Below, in pieces: positions 10,652 to 21,974 of a DNA stretch of 64,000 nt. This DNA is from an uncultured Nitrososphaerales archaeon (GTDB lineage Archaea > Thermoproteota > Nitrososphaeria > Nitrososphaerales > Nitrososphaeraceae). Positions within the stretch are counted from its first letter, which is position 1, and every line of letters starts with the position of its first letter. The DNA lies in contig CAVPXM010000036.1 of the NCBI GenBank assembly GCA_963709405.1, positions 1 to 64,000 on the forward strand. The letters are read 5' to 3'. The notes under the pieces are model-generated. The model was not told where the DNA came from and ran no database searches. It saw only the letters and a program-made list of their open reading frames with translations. The position numbers and the translations under genes are program-made.

Positions 10652-10960
10652 TCAATTAATTCTGAAGTCTTGGAATTCACCAATATACCTTTCATATTCT
10701 ATTTTTACATCATTGACTATTGCATTAGGTGGGCCTTTGTGGCACCATTCAAGCATTGTCTTAACACTTATTTCATCTCCCTCTAAAACTGCTTCTACCT
10801 GACCATCTTGTAGATTACGAACCCATCCTTTTACCCCACACCTGGTAGCCACAATCCGAGTATTATGTCTAAAATAAACACCCTGAACTTTACCTAATAT
10901 AAAGACATGAGCTCTAATCTTCTCCTCAGATCCGTCTACAGATGTTACCGGAGATGACAT
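10652..10960 (-). CDS. acyP: Acylphosphatase
   Basis: GKVQGVYFR, GWVRNLQDGQVEAVLEG, GPPNA. Confidence 0.95.
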   Translation of the reverse strand: MSSPVTSVDGSEEKIRAHVFILGKVQGVYFRHNTRIVATRCGVKGWVRNLQDGQVEAVLEGDEISVKTMLEWCHKGPPNAIVNDVKIEYERYIGEFQDFRIN

Positions 10961-11005
10961 TACGACTCTAAGTCCCTCTAAAGTAAATTCCTTAGGTCGA
11001 TAGAC

Positions 11006-12355
11006 TCAAGATATGTCTCCGCCTTCTTCAATGAATAGTTGTTCGTAAGAGCTTCCCTTTCTAACTAATTTAAAATCTCCACTACAGGTCTTCATTACGA
11101 TTGGCGGTTTCGTCTGACAATGAAAAGGCATATTGAAAACGATTGAATAGGCCCCAACATTATAAAATGATACGTAGTTTCCAATATTTGCATCATTAAG
11201 ATCAGATGCCTTTGATAACGGAAATACATCATATGTATCACACAATCTACCGGCTAAATGTGTATTCTTATTGGGAATTGTACCTCGAATTCTATATCCA
11301 TCTTTGGATACTCGCAATATTTCTTGTGGATATTCTTGCTTTAAAAGTGCTGCATCGAGTAATAGGTGATATCCTGCATCAACTATGACAATTTTATGAT
11401 CATTGTATTCTTTTGTATTTACTATTTTTGACACCAGAATTGATGACTCTGCAACGAGAAATCTACCACTTTCGATCATTAATTCAAATCCACCATGTGT
11501 TTTGACAAGATCATTTAGTCTAGAGATATAATTCGCTGCCATTTGGGCTGGATTAGGTACCGGTTCACTATAAAATACCGGTGTTCCTCCTCCAATATCA
11601 AAGGTGTTGACTTGGAAGTTTGGATATTCTTTTTTCATTTTTGTCATGAATGCATCAATCTTATCAAATGCATGAACATAACATGCGAAGTCTAGAATTT
11701 GAGATCCCAAATGAAAATGAAAGCCTTCGAACTTGAGGAGATTGTTTCCCATTAGATATTTGACTATTTGAGTTGCGCTATCAATTGTTGCACCATTAAA
11801 GGGGACTCCAAATTTGCCATTTTTGTATGATGCACGGATTTCAGCTTTTACTCCTACTTCAGGATTAATTCTGATCATAGTCAAAGGCTTTACTCGTAGT
11901 TTACCAGCTGCTTTGGCTAGGTTTGCCAATCCATTAAATGAGCTAACTACAACTCTTCGTACTCCACTCTGTAGGACTTCAACGTATTCTTCGTATTCCT
12001 CTGTCACACTTGTATAAATAATATTCTCAGGATCTGCTTTACAATGGTTCATAAAATGAAGTTCACCGATGGATGTCAAATCGAATGTTATTCCATCTTC
12101 TACGAACGCACGTAATATTGCCGGATTAAAGTTTGCCTTTATAGAATATGCAATTTTTGTTGGACCGTTGAATTTCATAAATGCATTGTGTAGCTCTCTA
12201 ACTTTTGCATGTAGTGTGCTTTCATCAACTAGATATAGAGGTGTACCATATTGCCCCACCAATCTATTGATGTCGTCAGATTTTACAAAGCGATTTAACG
12301 CTGGTGTCGTTACGTTTACATTTTCCACCAGTTGGATTTGAGAATTTTCCACCAA
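11006..12355 (-). CDS. lysA: Diaminopimelate decarboxylase (Orn/DAP/Arg decarboxylase family 2)
   Basis: YGTPLY, YSIKAN (PLP Lys), KFG, HFHLGSQI, DIGGG, ESGRFLV, GRLCDTYD, GAY. Confidence 0.8.
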   Translation of the reverse strand: MVENSQIQLVENVNVTTPALNRFVKSDDINRLVGQYGTPLYLVDESTLHAKVRELHNAFMKFNGPTKIAYSIKANFNPAILRAFVEDGITFDLTSIGELHFMNHCKADPENIIYTSVTEEYEEYVEVLQSGVRRVVVSSFNGLANLAKAAGKLRVKPLTMIRINPEVGVKAEIRASYKNGKFGVPFNGATIDSATQIVKYLMGNNLLKFEGFHFHLGSQILDFACYVHAFDKIDAFMTKMKKEYPNFQVNTFDIGGGTPVFYSEPVPNPAQMAANYISRLNDLVKTHGGFELMIESGRFLVAESSILVSKIVNTKEYNDHKIVIVDAGYHLLLDAALLKQEYPQEILRVSKDGYRIRGTIPNKNTHLAGRLCDTYDVFPLSKASDLNDANIGNYVSFYNVGAYSIVFNMPFHCQTKPPIVMKTCSGDFKLVRKGSSYEQLFIEEGGDIS

Positions 12356-12686
12356 TTTGTATTTGTTATTTTAGTTGTAAAGGATATAACTTAAAAACAT
12401 TGCTCCAAAAAATGACCCACAGCCATGAGCCAAAAAATTGGGTCACAGGTATAATGCAGTTTTCAAATTAATGATCTTTTTTATGAGAACACCTTAGTTT
12501 ATTAATGAATCTAATTGATTAATCAATCGAATTGGTAATTGAAATAAATTAGTTCCTAATTTAATCATCTTGCTTAATTCTAGTTGCCAAATAACGGCTC
12601 AAATAATATGCAACAGCATTAACTAATCCTGCTACTTAAAATTAAACACTAGATAAAGATACACCATAAAAAAGGATTTGGAAATT

Positions 12687-14879
12687 TCATCTATAATAAG
12701 GAACAGTTACTTTCTCTCCGGGCTTGCCCTCCCTTTGGGTCTTTATCTTCTTCACAGCTTCCTCAAAGTGGCGCATCATTACGTGCGCTTCTGACGCATG
12801 TTTAGCTGCCTCTTCTGGTGTTGGATACTTTGCTAGGTATTCATGCAAGACAAGTGAAACTGCAGTATTCGCTACGGAACTTGCATCAGCTCCGCTGAAG
12901 CTTTCAGTAAGTTCAGCAACTTTGGCTAAATCTACATCCGGACCAATTGGTTTGTCTTTTGAATGAATATCCAAGATCCGATGTCTTGCTGCCTTATCTG
13001 GCATTGGAACAAATACAATCTTATCAAATCTCCCTGGTCTAAGTAATGCCGGGTCAATCATATCAGCTCTATTCGTCGCTGCTAGAACTACTACTCCAGA
13101 TAAAGCTTGAATCCCATCTAACTCTGTTAACAATTGAGATACAACTCGTTCGGTAACCATACTATCTCCTCCCATACCTCTAGTGGGTGCAATGGAATCT
13201 ATTTCATCAAAGAATACTACACAAGGGGCTGCTTGCCTTGCCCTTCTGAATATTTCCCTTATTCCTCTTTCAGATTCACCTACCCACTTGCTAAGTAATT
13301 CAGGACCTCTTACACTAATAAAATTAGCTTCGGACTCTGTTGCCACAGCTTTTGCAAGTAATGTCTTACCTGTACCTGAAGGTCCATGCATTAACAAGCC
13401 TTTTGGCATAGAATGTCCTAGTTTAGTGTACAGATCAGGATATCTCAACGGCCATTCAACTGCCTCTTGTAACTCACGCTTAACTTCTTCAAGACCACCA
13501 ATAGATGTCCATGGAATATCTGGAGATTCCAAGTAAACTTCCCTCATGGCGGAGGGCATTACTTCCTTCACTGCGTTCTCGAAATCATTCATCGTGACGA
13601 TTAGTTTATTTAAGACTTCTGGTGCGAGCTTCTCATCTTCAAGATTGAGTTCTGGCAATAACCTTCTTAAGCATTTCATGGCAGCCTCTTTGCACAAGTA
13701 TTCTAGATCTGCGCCTACAAATCCATGAGTCACAGCTGCTATTCTATCCTGATCAACATCTGTGTCCAACGGCATGTTACGAGTATGAATCTGCAATATT
13801 TCCAGTCTACCCCGCTTATCAGGAACTTTGATCTCTATTTCTCTGTCAAATCTACCTGGTCTTCTTAATGCAGGATCTATTGCGTTAGGCCGATTGGTTG
13901 CTGCGATTACGATCACCTTGCCTCGTGCTTCTAAACCGTCCATTAACGACAGCAATTGAGAAACTACTCTTCTCTCAACCTCGCCAGTTACTTCTTCTCT
14001 TTTTGGAGCAATAGAATCAATTTCATCTATGAATATTATAGAGGGAGCTTTTTCCTTAGCCTCTTTGAAGATTTCTCTCAACCTTGCCTCGGATTCTCCA
14101 TAAAATTTGCTCATTATTTCTGGACCAGAAATACTGATAAAGTGAGCATTACTTTCATTAGCTACGGCTTTTGCAAGTAATGTTTTACCAGTACCTGGAG
14201 GGCCATATAACAAGACTCCCTTTGGAGCTTCAATTCCAAGTTTCTCAAATATTTCCGGATGCCTTAGTGGAAGCTCAATCATCTCCCTAACTTTTTGGAT
14301 TTCTTCTTTTAATCCACCGATATCTTCATACGTAACCTGGGGGACTCCTCGCAGAGTCTCGCCCTTTTCAGCAATATGAAATGCAGTTTTCTGTGTTACG
14401 AGCACTGCGTCTGCGGCAGGAGTTACGCCTATAACTTGGAAAGTAAGTCTTCCACCAAAATATGGAACCATCACGTTATCTCCCTTAATGAGCGGAACGC
14501 TCTCCAAGGCATCTGCGAGGTATCTCTCATCTATAGGAGGTATTGCTTCCAAAGGTGCAACTATCACCTTCTCAGCTGGAACTGCCTTAATCTTTCTTAC
14601 TACCACAGTATCTCCTATGGCCACACCTGCATTGTTCCTCACCAGGCCATCTACTCTAATAATACCCTTACCTTCATCTGAAGGGTAGAGGGGTAAGCAT
14701 TTGGCAACCGTTCTACGTTTGCCTCTGATCTCAATAACATCACCAGTAGATGCGCTTAAAGAATCCATAGAGTCATAGTCAATACGTGCTACACCGCGGC
14801 CAACATCTCTTGTATAGGCTTCCAAGACCTTTAGAGATAGAGTATTCTGACTCACATTGACATTTAGGACTTTACTCAT
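12687..14879 (-). CDS. cdc48: CDC48/VCP family AAA+ ATPase
   Basis: [12 protein letters not shown]-domain; Walker A motifs GPPGTGKT and GPSGTGKT; [12 protein letters not shown]. Confidence 0.98.
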   Translation of the reverse strand: MSKVLNVNVSQNTLSLKVLEAYTRDVGRGVARIDYDSMDSLSASTGDVIEIRGKRRTVAKCLPLYPSDEGKGIIRVDGLVRNNAGVAIGDTVVVRKIKAVPAEKVIVAPLEAIPPIDERYLADALESVPLIKGDNVMVPYFGGRLTFQVIGVTPAADAVLVTQKTAFHIAEKGETLRGVPQVTYEDIGGLKEEIQKVREMIELPLRHPEIFEKLGIEAPKGVLLYGPPGTGKTLLAKAVANESNAHFISISGPEIMSKFYGESEARLREIFKEAKEKAPSIIFIDEIDSIAPKREEVTGEVERRVVSQLLSLMDGLEARGKVIVIAATNRPNAIDPALRRPGRFDREIEIKVPDKRGRLEILQIHTRNMPLDTDVDQDRIAAVTHGFVGADLEYLCKEAAMKCLRRLLPELNLEDEKLAPEVLNKLIVTMNDFENAVKEVMPSAMREVYLESPDIPWTSIGGLEEVKRELQEAVEWPLRYPDLYTKLGHSMPKGLLMHGPSGTGKTLLAKAVATESEANFISVRGPELLSKWVGESERGIREIFRRARQAAPCVVFFDEIDSIAPTRGMGGDSMVTERVVSQLLTELDGIQALSGVVVLAATNRADMIDPALLRPGRFDKIVFVPMPDKAARHRILDIHSKDKPIGPDVDLAKVAELTESFSGADASSVANTAVSLVLHEYLAKYPTPEEAAKHASEAHVMMRHFEEAVKKIKTQREGKPGEKVTVPYYR

Positions 14880-14984
14880 CTTTATACCTTGTTACCTTTC
14901 CATTTGACTCAATCACGATTTTGTAAGACTCCAAATTCATGTCATTCTAAAACAAAACTTAAAATCACCTATCTGAGTGGTTAA

Positions 14985-15722
14985 ATGATCAATTTGGGTA
15001 AACGAACACTTGTACGTAGAAGAGGACGAGGAGGAAAACAGTTCCGAGCTGTTACGGTTGGCAAAATCGCTCCAGCAAAATATCCTAATTTTAGATTAGA
15101 TCAAAATCATTCCGGTATTATTGTTGATATCGTTCATGAGAGAGGCAGAGATGCTCCTCTTGCTAAGGTCCACTTTGATGATGGAACTTATTCATATATT
15201 CCGGCTGTGGAAGGTGCTACAGTTGGAAGTAGAATAGAAATTGGTGCCGGGGCAGCATCGACAGCACGAAACATTTTGGCATTAGAAGCAATTCCAGATG
15301 GAACATTGATTTGTAATATTGAAAAGAATGTTGGTGATGGAGGCAAACTAATCAAATCCGCAGGTTCATCGGCCCTAGTATTTGCTCATAGTACTGGTGG
15401 AGTAACGATAAAGTTTCCTTCAGGCAAGTTTCTGACGACGAATCCGAAGTGTAGGGCAATGATCGGTGTGATTGCCGGAGCAGGTAGAATGGAAAAACCT
15501 TTTCTGAAAGCTGGTAATAGAGCCAAGTATATGCAGGCCCATGGCAGACTTTACCCGACAGTCAGAGGAATTGCCCAAGCTGCAGTTTACCACCCACACG
15601 GAGGAGGTAGACATCAGCACATTGGTCGTCAATCATCCGTTGGAAGAACTACGCCTCCAGGCCGGAAGGTTGGTAATATAGCACCAAGGAAGACAGGACG
15701 TAGTAGGATAAAGAAACGCTGA
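14985..15722 (+). CDS. rpl2: 50S ribosomal protein L2 (archaeal); start may be TTG 14994
   Basis: GKRTLVRRRGRG, RGRDAPLA, KPFLKAG, PTVRGIA, HPHGGG, PPGRKVG. Confidence 0.98.
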   Translation: MINLGKRTLVRRRGRGGKQFRAVTVGKIAPAKYPNFRLDQNHSGIIVDIVHERGRDAPLAKVHFDDGTYSYIPAVEGATVGSRIEIGAGAASTARNILALEAIPDGTLICNIEKNVGDGGKLIKSAGSSALVFAHSTGGVTIKFPSGKFLTTNPKCRAMIGVIAGAGRMEKPFLKAGNRAKYMQAHGRLYPTVRGIAQAAVYHPHGGGRHQHIGRQSSVGRTTPPGRKVGNIAPRKTGRSRIKKR

Positions 15723-15802
15723 CATAGGTGGGTGACCTACACAACTTTTTTTGCGATGATATCATTATTAAATGGCCTTGAAATAATTGAAGCGACTTTG
15801 TT

Positions 15803-16570
15803 GTGTACTCTGGCGCGGAGTGCATTCATGTAAGTTTATCCTTCAGTTCTTTGGAAATTGTTGATTTGCACAGAGACATTTCGACTAAAATACTAACCGA
15901 GATGGAAAGAACAATCTCCCATGAGAGTCCACCAAGATCTACAGCTCTTAAGAAACTGCAAACTGAGGAACATGGTGATCCGTTCAAGATACTCATTGGG
16001 ACGATCTTATCAGCGCGTACTAGAGATGAAAGTACTGCAAAAGCAGTAAGCAATTTATTCAAAAGATATAAGAATATTAATCAACTGGCTAAAGCAGATG
16101 TCGAAGAGATCAAGATACTAATTCACAGTACTGGTTTTTACAATATAAAAGCAAAGCGCATAAAAGAGGTTTCAATAATGATTGCACAAAAATTTAATGC
16201 AGTAGTTCCAGACGATATGGAAAAACTTCTTGAATTGCCAGGTGTAGGAAGAAAGACTGCGAATTGTGTATTAGTATATGGTTTTAATAAACCTTCAATC
16301 CCCGTCGATACTCATGTGCACCGGCTGTCGAATAGATTAGGACTCGTCAATACAAGAACGCCAGAAGCAACAGAATTAGAATTGTATTCTGTCATAAAGA
16401 GAAAGAATTGGAGTAAGGTTAACGATACCTTTGTTAGATATGGTCAGACCATATGTCTCCCAGTAAAACCAAAATGTAATTTGTGTAATCTAAAAAATAT
16501 TTGTAAATTCTATTTAAGTAATAATACTAACTCTACCGATGACCGCAACATCAAGGATTCCTCCTCTTGA
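15803..16570 (+). CDS. nth: Endonuclease III (HhH-GPD, 4Fe-4S); start probably further downstream
   Basis: DPFKILIGTILSART, LPGVGRKTAN, PVDTHVHR, C-x6-C-x2-C-x5-C. Confidence 0.95.
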   Translation: MYSGAECIHVSLSFSSLEIVDLHRDISTKILTEMERTISHESPPRSTALKKLQTEEHGDPFKILIGTILSARTRDESTAKAVSNLFKRYKNINQLAKADVEEIKILIHSTGFYNIKAKRIKEVSIMIAQKFNAVVPDDMEKLLELPGVGRKTANCVLVYGFNKPSIPVDTHVHRLSNRLGLVNTRTPEATELELYSVIKRKNWSKVNDTFVRYGQTICLPVKPKCNLCNLKNICKFYLSNNTNSTDDRNIKDSSS

Positions 16571-17333
16571 ATACAAGTAGTGCAATCAAAAGTCCTCCTA
16601 CTCCAACTAACATTCCAAGTGGCAGATAAAAGATTGGAGAATCAGCGGGATTTCCAAAAACCATATCAAATGATATATTACCTGCGTACGCATCGATCGG
16701 TGATTCCGGATCATCTTTTCCGTAAATTGCTACGGAACCAGGCGTAAAACCGTTTAGAGATAATTTATCAACTATAATTCTTTTCCCGTCAGTAATAGTT
16801 AGCCCCTGATTATTGGCATGCGCAATGATTATTGGCTGACCGGTGAACCAACCGTCTGTATCCTTACTGTATACTCGTACATAGCCAGAATCCTTAGTGT
16901 TAACAGCAGCCCAGAATCTCTTAGAAAGATTTCCGAACATCGCGATTTCAATAAATTTTTCGCTTGGTGCTGGTTCTAGCAGCTTTATGACAGTCTTCGC
17001 ATCTTGTCTATATGCATAGGACAAATTATTTTGTATGTTCAAAATCCAGTTTTGACCTAGTGGTTTGGAAAATGTGTAAGTTAGAGGATTATTCCTTTCA
17101 TAGTTTGATGCATTGAATGGGACAATGAATTTCTCGGTATCCTTTGATCTTATGGGTTTATATAGACTTTGAGGAGACGCTATTTGACCTCGAGCATCGG
17201 TTACAGATAGAGTAAGTAATAAGAACATTGTTATGATAGCCATCAATGTAAGGCGATTCATTATTGACTTTTTTAGAGTGGTATGAATTCTATTATATCT
17301 CTTCTGTTTGAGACAGCGCGAGTATCTGCCCAA
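16551..17333 (-). CDS. Hypothetical surface protein with signal peptide and C-terminal TM anchor
   Basis: N-terminal hydrophobic helix from MNRLTL, beta-rich middle, C-terminal LPLGMLVGVGGLLIALLVFKRR. Confidence 0.75.
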   Translation of the reverse strand: MGRYSRCLKQKRYNRIHTTLKKSIMNRLTLMAIITMFLLLTLSVTDARGQIASPQSLYKPIRSKDTEKFIVPFNASNYERNNPLTYTFSKPLGQNWILNIQNNLSYAYRQDAKTVIKLLEPAPSEKFIEIAMFGNLSKRFWAAVNTKDSGYVRVYSKDTDGWFTGQPIIIAHANNQGLTITDGKRIIVDKLSLNGFTPGSVAIYGKDDPESPIDAYAGNISFDMVFGNPADSPIFYLPLGMLVGVGGLLIALLVFKRRNP

Positions 17334-17383
17334 GATTAGATTTTATTGAAATTAATCTGATCGTAATTATGATTTAAAAAATC

Positions 17384-18388
17384 TTATCCTGATCTTTTTC
17401 TCTTACGCTCAATTAAACCCATTACTTGATATCCATATTCGAGATTATGTTTGATATGGTTAATCCCATGTGAATCGTGAGGCACAAATTTACCATCAAG
17501 AATATTCTCAATATATTTTGCTACTTTTCTAATAGATATTGCAGCAATTTGAATTTGGTTGTCTGTAAGTTTCTTTCCTAGTTCTCTTTCTACTTCGCTT
17601 CTAAAATCTTTAGGACTAGTTAATATTAATCTGCAGTATTTTTCTATTCTGGTATAGTTGGTACAAAGATTGCTTATTTTTCTGACGTCAGAGTCATTCA
17701 ATTTTGTCAACAAGATCTCTAGTTCTTCTTCACTCCTACCAGTGATCTGAATGAGAGTTTGAATCAGTGCATGTTCTTCCATAATTCGATGTTGTGTTTT
17801 ACCGACATTCTTTATTTTTGGTTCTGGCAAGGCATTTGTTTGAGATTTTCTCGTGAGGTAATACTCATAGACACCATAAACTGCAACTCTTTTCCCACTA
17901 GTGTCCGAACCCGCATCTAGAATGGCCACAATATCCACGATAATCGCAGGATAATTAATTCTGAGAAAAGTGTCTGAGTTCTGATAATTTTCCATGATAT
18001 CCCTATAAATTTTGAACACTATGTCTTTTGTACCAAGTACTCGTCTCTGTTCACGTATGCCTTCAGTTGCTAACGTGAGAAAATCATATAGCTGAGATTG
18101 TGGCATGATGTGGCCAAAATTCGGTGAAGCAATAAAGTCCGCTATAAATTTAAGTACGATAATTCTCATACTGTAGAGAGATAGATCTTCACTGGCAAAA
18201 TCTTTGATAAACAGTTCAGTAATATTTTGATGAAATTCGATGGCATTCTTCTCTATCTTTAATGCATCTAGACAATAATTCAAATCATTCAATGCGGCAC
18301 TCAACATACTATTTTGAGGCGTGTCCTCTTTACGGGTATTTCGTGTATCGATTGGTGTCAGAGGTGTTTCTCCCATTTTATATCTCAC
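17384..18388 (-). CDS. Hypothetical alpha-helical protein ending in a His-rich motif
   Basis: 334-aa ORF; C-terminal PHDSHGINHIKHNLEY. Confidence 0.7.
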   Translation of the reverse strand: MRYKMGETPLTPIDTRNTRKEDTPQNSMLSAALNDLNYCLDALKIEKNAIEFHQNITELFIKDFASEDLSLYSMRIIVLKFIADFIASPNFGHIMPQSQLYDFLTLATEGIREQRRVLGTKDIVFKIYRDIMENYQNSDTFLRINYPAIIVDIVAILDAGSDTSGKRVAVYGVYEYYLTRKSQTNALPEPKIKNVGKTQHRIMEEHALIQTLIQITGRSEEELEILLTKLNDSDVRKISNLCTNYTRIEKYCRLILTSPKDFRSEVERELGKKLTDNQIQIAAISIRKVAKYIENILDGKFVPHDSHGINHIKHNLEYGYQVMGLIERKRKRSG

Positions 18389-18389
18389 C

Positions 18390-18635
18390 TCAGCTGATCG
18401 AATTTCTCGGGAACATCAAGTCGCTTTCTAACTCCTCATCATATGTGTTATTCTCCAGACTCAGATAAAATTCTTCGCTTATGAGACTTTGTATTAAATT
18501 TTGCCAGGGTTTGAAGTGTTTGTATGCCATCTTAGCATCTAGAGATAGATGTGAATGCTGTGGTAGACATGAAGAAAAAAGACTTGTTGATCCACGGTTA
18601 ATATTTAATTCCCAAGCGTTTTTTGAAGAGATCAC
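18390..18635 (-). CDS. Hypothetical protein
   Basis: 81-aa ORF ending 1 bp before the next ORF on the same strand. Confidence 0.4.
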   Translation of the reverse strand: MISSKNAWELNINRGSTSLFSSCLPQHSHLSLDAKMAYKHFKPWQNLIQSLISEEFYLSLENNTYDEELESDLMFPRNSIS

Positions 18636-18914
18636 GACTAATATTTATACAATCAGTCGTCTATCTTAATAACGAGTTAATAGGATATATTAGTTACTTT
18701 GTGATTAATTTATCATTTATCATATAATGTAATATGAATATCATACGAAAAACTTTACATTAAATGTACACTGTATTCTGTATAGATTTCAAAAATTGGC
18801 CCCAATAAACTATACGAACAATATCCAGAATGGAAATGTGTCTTGCATATAATTCTCAGCATTTTGAGTAGTCATACTAGAAAGAAGAAGGACTCAACTC
18901 CGCTCTACATAATT

Positions 18915-18960
18915 ATACATACATGTATACATATACACATACATGTATACATACATATAT
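18915..18960. repeat. Imperfect (TACA/TA)n purine-pyrimidine repeat
   Basis: atacatacatgtatacatatacacatacatgtatacatacatatat; contains CATACATGTATACATA twice. Confidence 0.7.
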
Positions 18961-19175
18961 AAATTTCTTATTTGCCAGAGATAGATGCTCATTGTATCAC
19001 TTTGAGGAAAGGATTCAAACCAAGTATTTGCAACAAGTAAACAGGTTTCGGTCAGGAATATCGATTGTCGAGAGATTTGTATCGATATATAAATTAGCTG
19101 TTTTTTTCCGTTGTATATAAATTCAGGCCTATTGTAATTAGGATCGTTTTAAGTCATGCATTCGACAGATAGGAG

Positions 19176-19994
19176 TTGATCAAATTATCGCAAATAGGGA
19201 GAGATAGATTATACGCGATCTGGCTTAGAGAATTTAAGGTCTTTATGAGAGAGAGAAGTCGGCTCATAGCGTCAACATTTACTCCCTTGCTCTGGCTATT
19301 CGTTATTGGAGGTGGATTTGGGGCCATAATAACTAATCCATCTGGAATTGCGGCTGCTAGTGACAATTCGGGGTTAGGTTCGGTATCAGGAATAACCTAT
19401 CAACAATTCATTTTTCCGGGCATAATTTGTATGTCCGTCATATTCTCTTCGGTTTTTTTCGGTTCGTATATAATATGGGATAGAAAATTTGATTTCCTTA
19501 AAAGCGTTATGGTTGCCCCGGTCAGCAGAACCACAATTTTTGTAGGTAAGACTTTTGGAGGAATGACAACTTCACTAATCCAAGCTGCCATATTAATGGT
19601 AGTTGGATTGTTAATCGGAATCCAATTTACTCCTTTGTCCATAGTCCTGACAATTGTCATAATTTTGCTTCTTTCCTTTGCACTTACATCACTAGGACTT
19701 ACTATTGGAAGTTATATGGAAAGCTTGGAAGGTTTTCAATTAATTGTTAGCTTCGTAGTATTTCCGCTTTACTTTTTGAGTGGAGCGTTGTTTCCACTAA
19801 GGAATCTACAAACATGGCTATCTATTCTAACTACGCTGGATCCCGCTACCTATGCGGTGGACGCGTTAAGAAACTCGATGCTTGGTATAACTGGAAAGAA
19901 TTCATTCACCGTTGATATTATAGTATTACTCGTTTCAGTAATAATAATAGGAGCAGTTGGGATGTTCTCGTTTAGGAGGATGAAAGCCGTTTAG
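19176..19994 (+). CDS. ABC-2 type transporter permease (DrrB-like)
   Basis: YQQFIFPGII, WDRKFDFLKSVMVAPVSR, FLSGALFP, DPATYAVDALR; about 6 TM helices. Confidence 0.93.
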   Translation: MIKLSQIGRDRLYAIWLREFKVFMRERSRLIASTFTPLLWLFVIGGGFGAIITNPSGIAAASDNSGLGSVSGITYQQFIFPGIICMSVIFSSVFFGSYIIWDRKFDFLKSVMVAPVSRTTIFVGKTFGGMTTSLIQAAILMVVGLLIGIQFTPLSIVLTIVIILLLSFALTSLGLTIGSYMESLEGFQLIVSFVVFPLYFLSGALFPLRNLQTWLSILTTLDPATYAVDALRNSMLGITGKNSFTVDIIVLLVSVIIIGAVGMFSFRRMKAV

Positions 19995-20129
19995 ATGGGT
20001 GCAATTTCGGATTAGTTTGATCACTCTTGTTTACAACTATGTAATTCAAATCAAACTTGTGCTAACGCTGTAATTTACCATCTCTAGTTTTGCTATTACA
20101 GCCGATTGATTAAATTGCGGAGATATTTG

Positions 20130-20303
20130 TTATTCCTTGGTAAGCTCTTTAAAGCGGGCGTTAAATGCGTTACATCCTATCCTCTCGTGGATATCCTTCA
20201 TATCACTAGCATCTTGATAATCATCAGTTTGTATTTCGAATCCGCAGGACTTACAAATTAGAATATTGCTATTGCCTGTTGCACCTATTTCTATTTCAGC
20301 CAT
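20130..20303 (-). CDS. 57-aa putative zinc-binding microprotein (below ORF-track cutoff)
   Basis: MAEIEIGATGNSNILICKSCGFEIQTDDYQDASDMKDIHERIGCNAFNARFKELTKE; CxxC...HxxxxC; TTAAA box about 25 bp upstream. Confidence 0.6.
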   Translation of the reverse strand: MAEIEIGATGNSNILICKSCGFEIQTDDYQDASDMKDIHERIGCNAFNARFKELTKE

Positions 20304-21206
20304 GATTATCGCCTTGCATTACAATTTCTTAAATGAGTATGCCAAATTTATTTGAGTCATGGTTTCAATACAGCTATTGTTTGTGCGAATGTTGCGTAAT
20401 GTCATTTACCTGAGTTGTATGATTTTTAATACTACACGGCAATGAACGAAATATTTAATTTCGTTTCATCTAGAGGCCATAGAGACGATTTACATATTAA
20501 GATATCAGTTTTGAATTCTTGTATCATCTTATTCAGAGAATTCTAATATATTCTTTGACTAGATGAGTTATGCTACAATAAAAGTTAAAAATCCAAAGCA
20601 CTCTAGTAAGATATTATGCACATTATTGTCTATTGATTGATTGCTCTAAATATTTACTCTACGCTATAAATATTTTAGAAACAAGTGAATTATTGAGTGA
20701 CCATGTACCGTATCGTTAAGGAAATCATATCCCAGAAATCCCAAAAATAGGTGGTATAGAGTAACCAGGTTCACCATGCTCTCACCTAGGGGATAGTAAG
20801 ATAGCTAACGTAATTAGCGTTGTAACATATCTAATCATCATAATAAAATATATGGTTACCCTGAAAAATATAATGTTTAGTTTAAAGTTGCATTTGTGCA
20901 CATCCCGCTTTAGTTTGGAAGAATGTTAAGATTTAGGTCTTCATTAGTTATTGCCTATTTTGAATAAACAATGAAAGTACTAGGCTTGCGCAGTTCTATA
21001 ACTTGACACTTAAAGTAATTCTAGATTATCATATCTGATTCAACGATTGCAAAAGTCAGCGAACATGTCAGTACATGATGCAAGTTGTCAGAATAATAGT
21101 TCGTTTCCTATGATACGACTTGAAATATAACCGCAGACAATTCACATGCGTCTCAGGGTAAAATCTCTTGAGTTTGACCGGCAATATCATATCTATACAA
21201 ATAAAT

Positions 21207-21701
21207 CTACAATGAAATTACAGCCATCTTTGATTCCTTATTGATATTATGTTTTGTAATAAATCCAGATGTGGCAGCAATTACATATTGAGCAGGTATT
21301 GTGTTCTTATATGTACAATTTACTGTATCCAACGCGTTCTTACAAATCTGAGCATCTTTTACTGTGTATACCAAGTTTCCCTTAGCATCGAACCAAAGAA
21401 GATCAAGATTATAATCAATATTTAAGAGCCACATTGCATAAAGATCTGGTCTGTCATAGACCAGGATCATGCCTGAATTCAGAGGAAGTTTTTCTCCTCT
21501 AAACATTAACCATCTCTGTCTCTCTGCTTCCGATTTGGCAATTTCGACTATAATTATATCTTGACCTATCCTGATTGTTCCTTTAGGAAATTCTGTTGTA
21601 TGAGAAGTTTTAGTTTCAGATGGTAGGAATGTTATACCAAGTACCCCAACAATACTAGCTGCGATGATGGTTGGTATCAATACGGCTAGTTTGCTTATCA
21701 T
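21207..21701 (-). CDS. DUF192 family protein with N-terminal TM
   Basis: VEIAKSEAERQRWLMFR, GMILVY, MWLLNIDYNLDLLWFD. Confidence 0.88.
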   Translation of the reverse strand: MISKLAVLIPTIIAASIVGVLGITFLPSETKTSHTTEFPKGTIRIGQDIIIVEIAKSEAERQRWLMFRGEKLPLNSGMILVYDRPDLYAMWLLNIDYNLDLLWFDAKGNLVYTVKDAQICKNALDTVNCTYKNTIPAQYVIAATSGFITKHNINKESKMAVISL

Positions 21702-21974
21702 AGTAATCTAGGAATTCAAAATGCATTTGAACCTTACTGTCGATTTTATTAATCAGTACAATTTAATTCCCAGAAACGATCAGTCTTAAGATTTTATGAA
21801 TGCCACCAGACACTTTCTGTGATGTCTGGAAAGTCCAATTTTCACTTACTAAAGATGCAAAATATTCTTTATTACGTTTTTGATCTCGTCTCATCAAAGC
21901 CGAACGATTCTGATACTATAGAAGTAATAATCATGTAACATCTAAGAAGAGAAATATTTAGCACATCTAGGCGG

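Noticed and set aside
12724-14688. Several plus-strand ORFs inside cdc48, and similar antisense ORFs within leuA, lysA, sulfite reductase, asnS, kinase and transposase
   Set aside because: Antisense shadows of well-supported genes with no independent motifs
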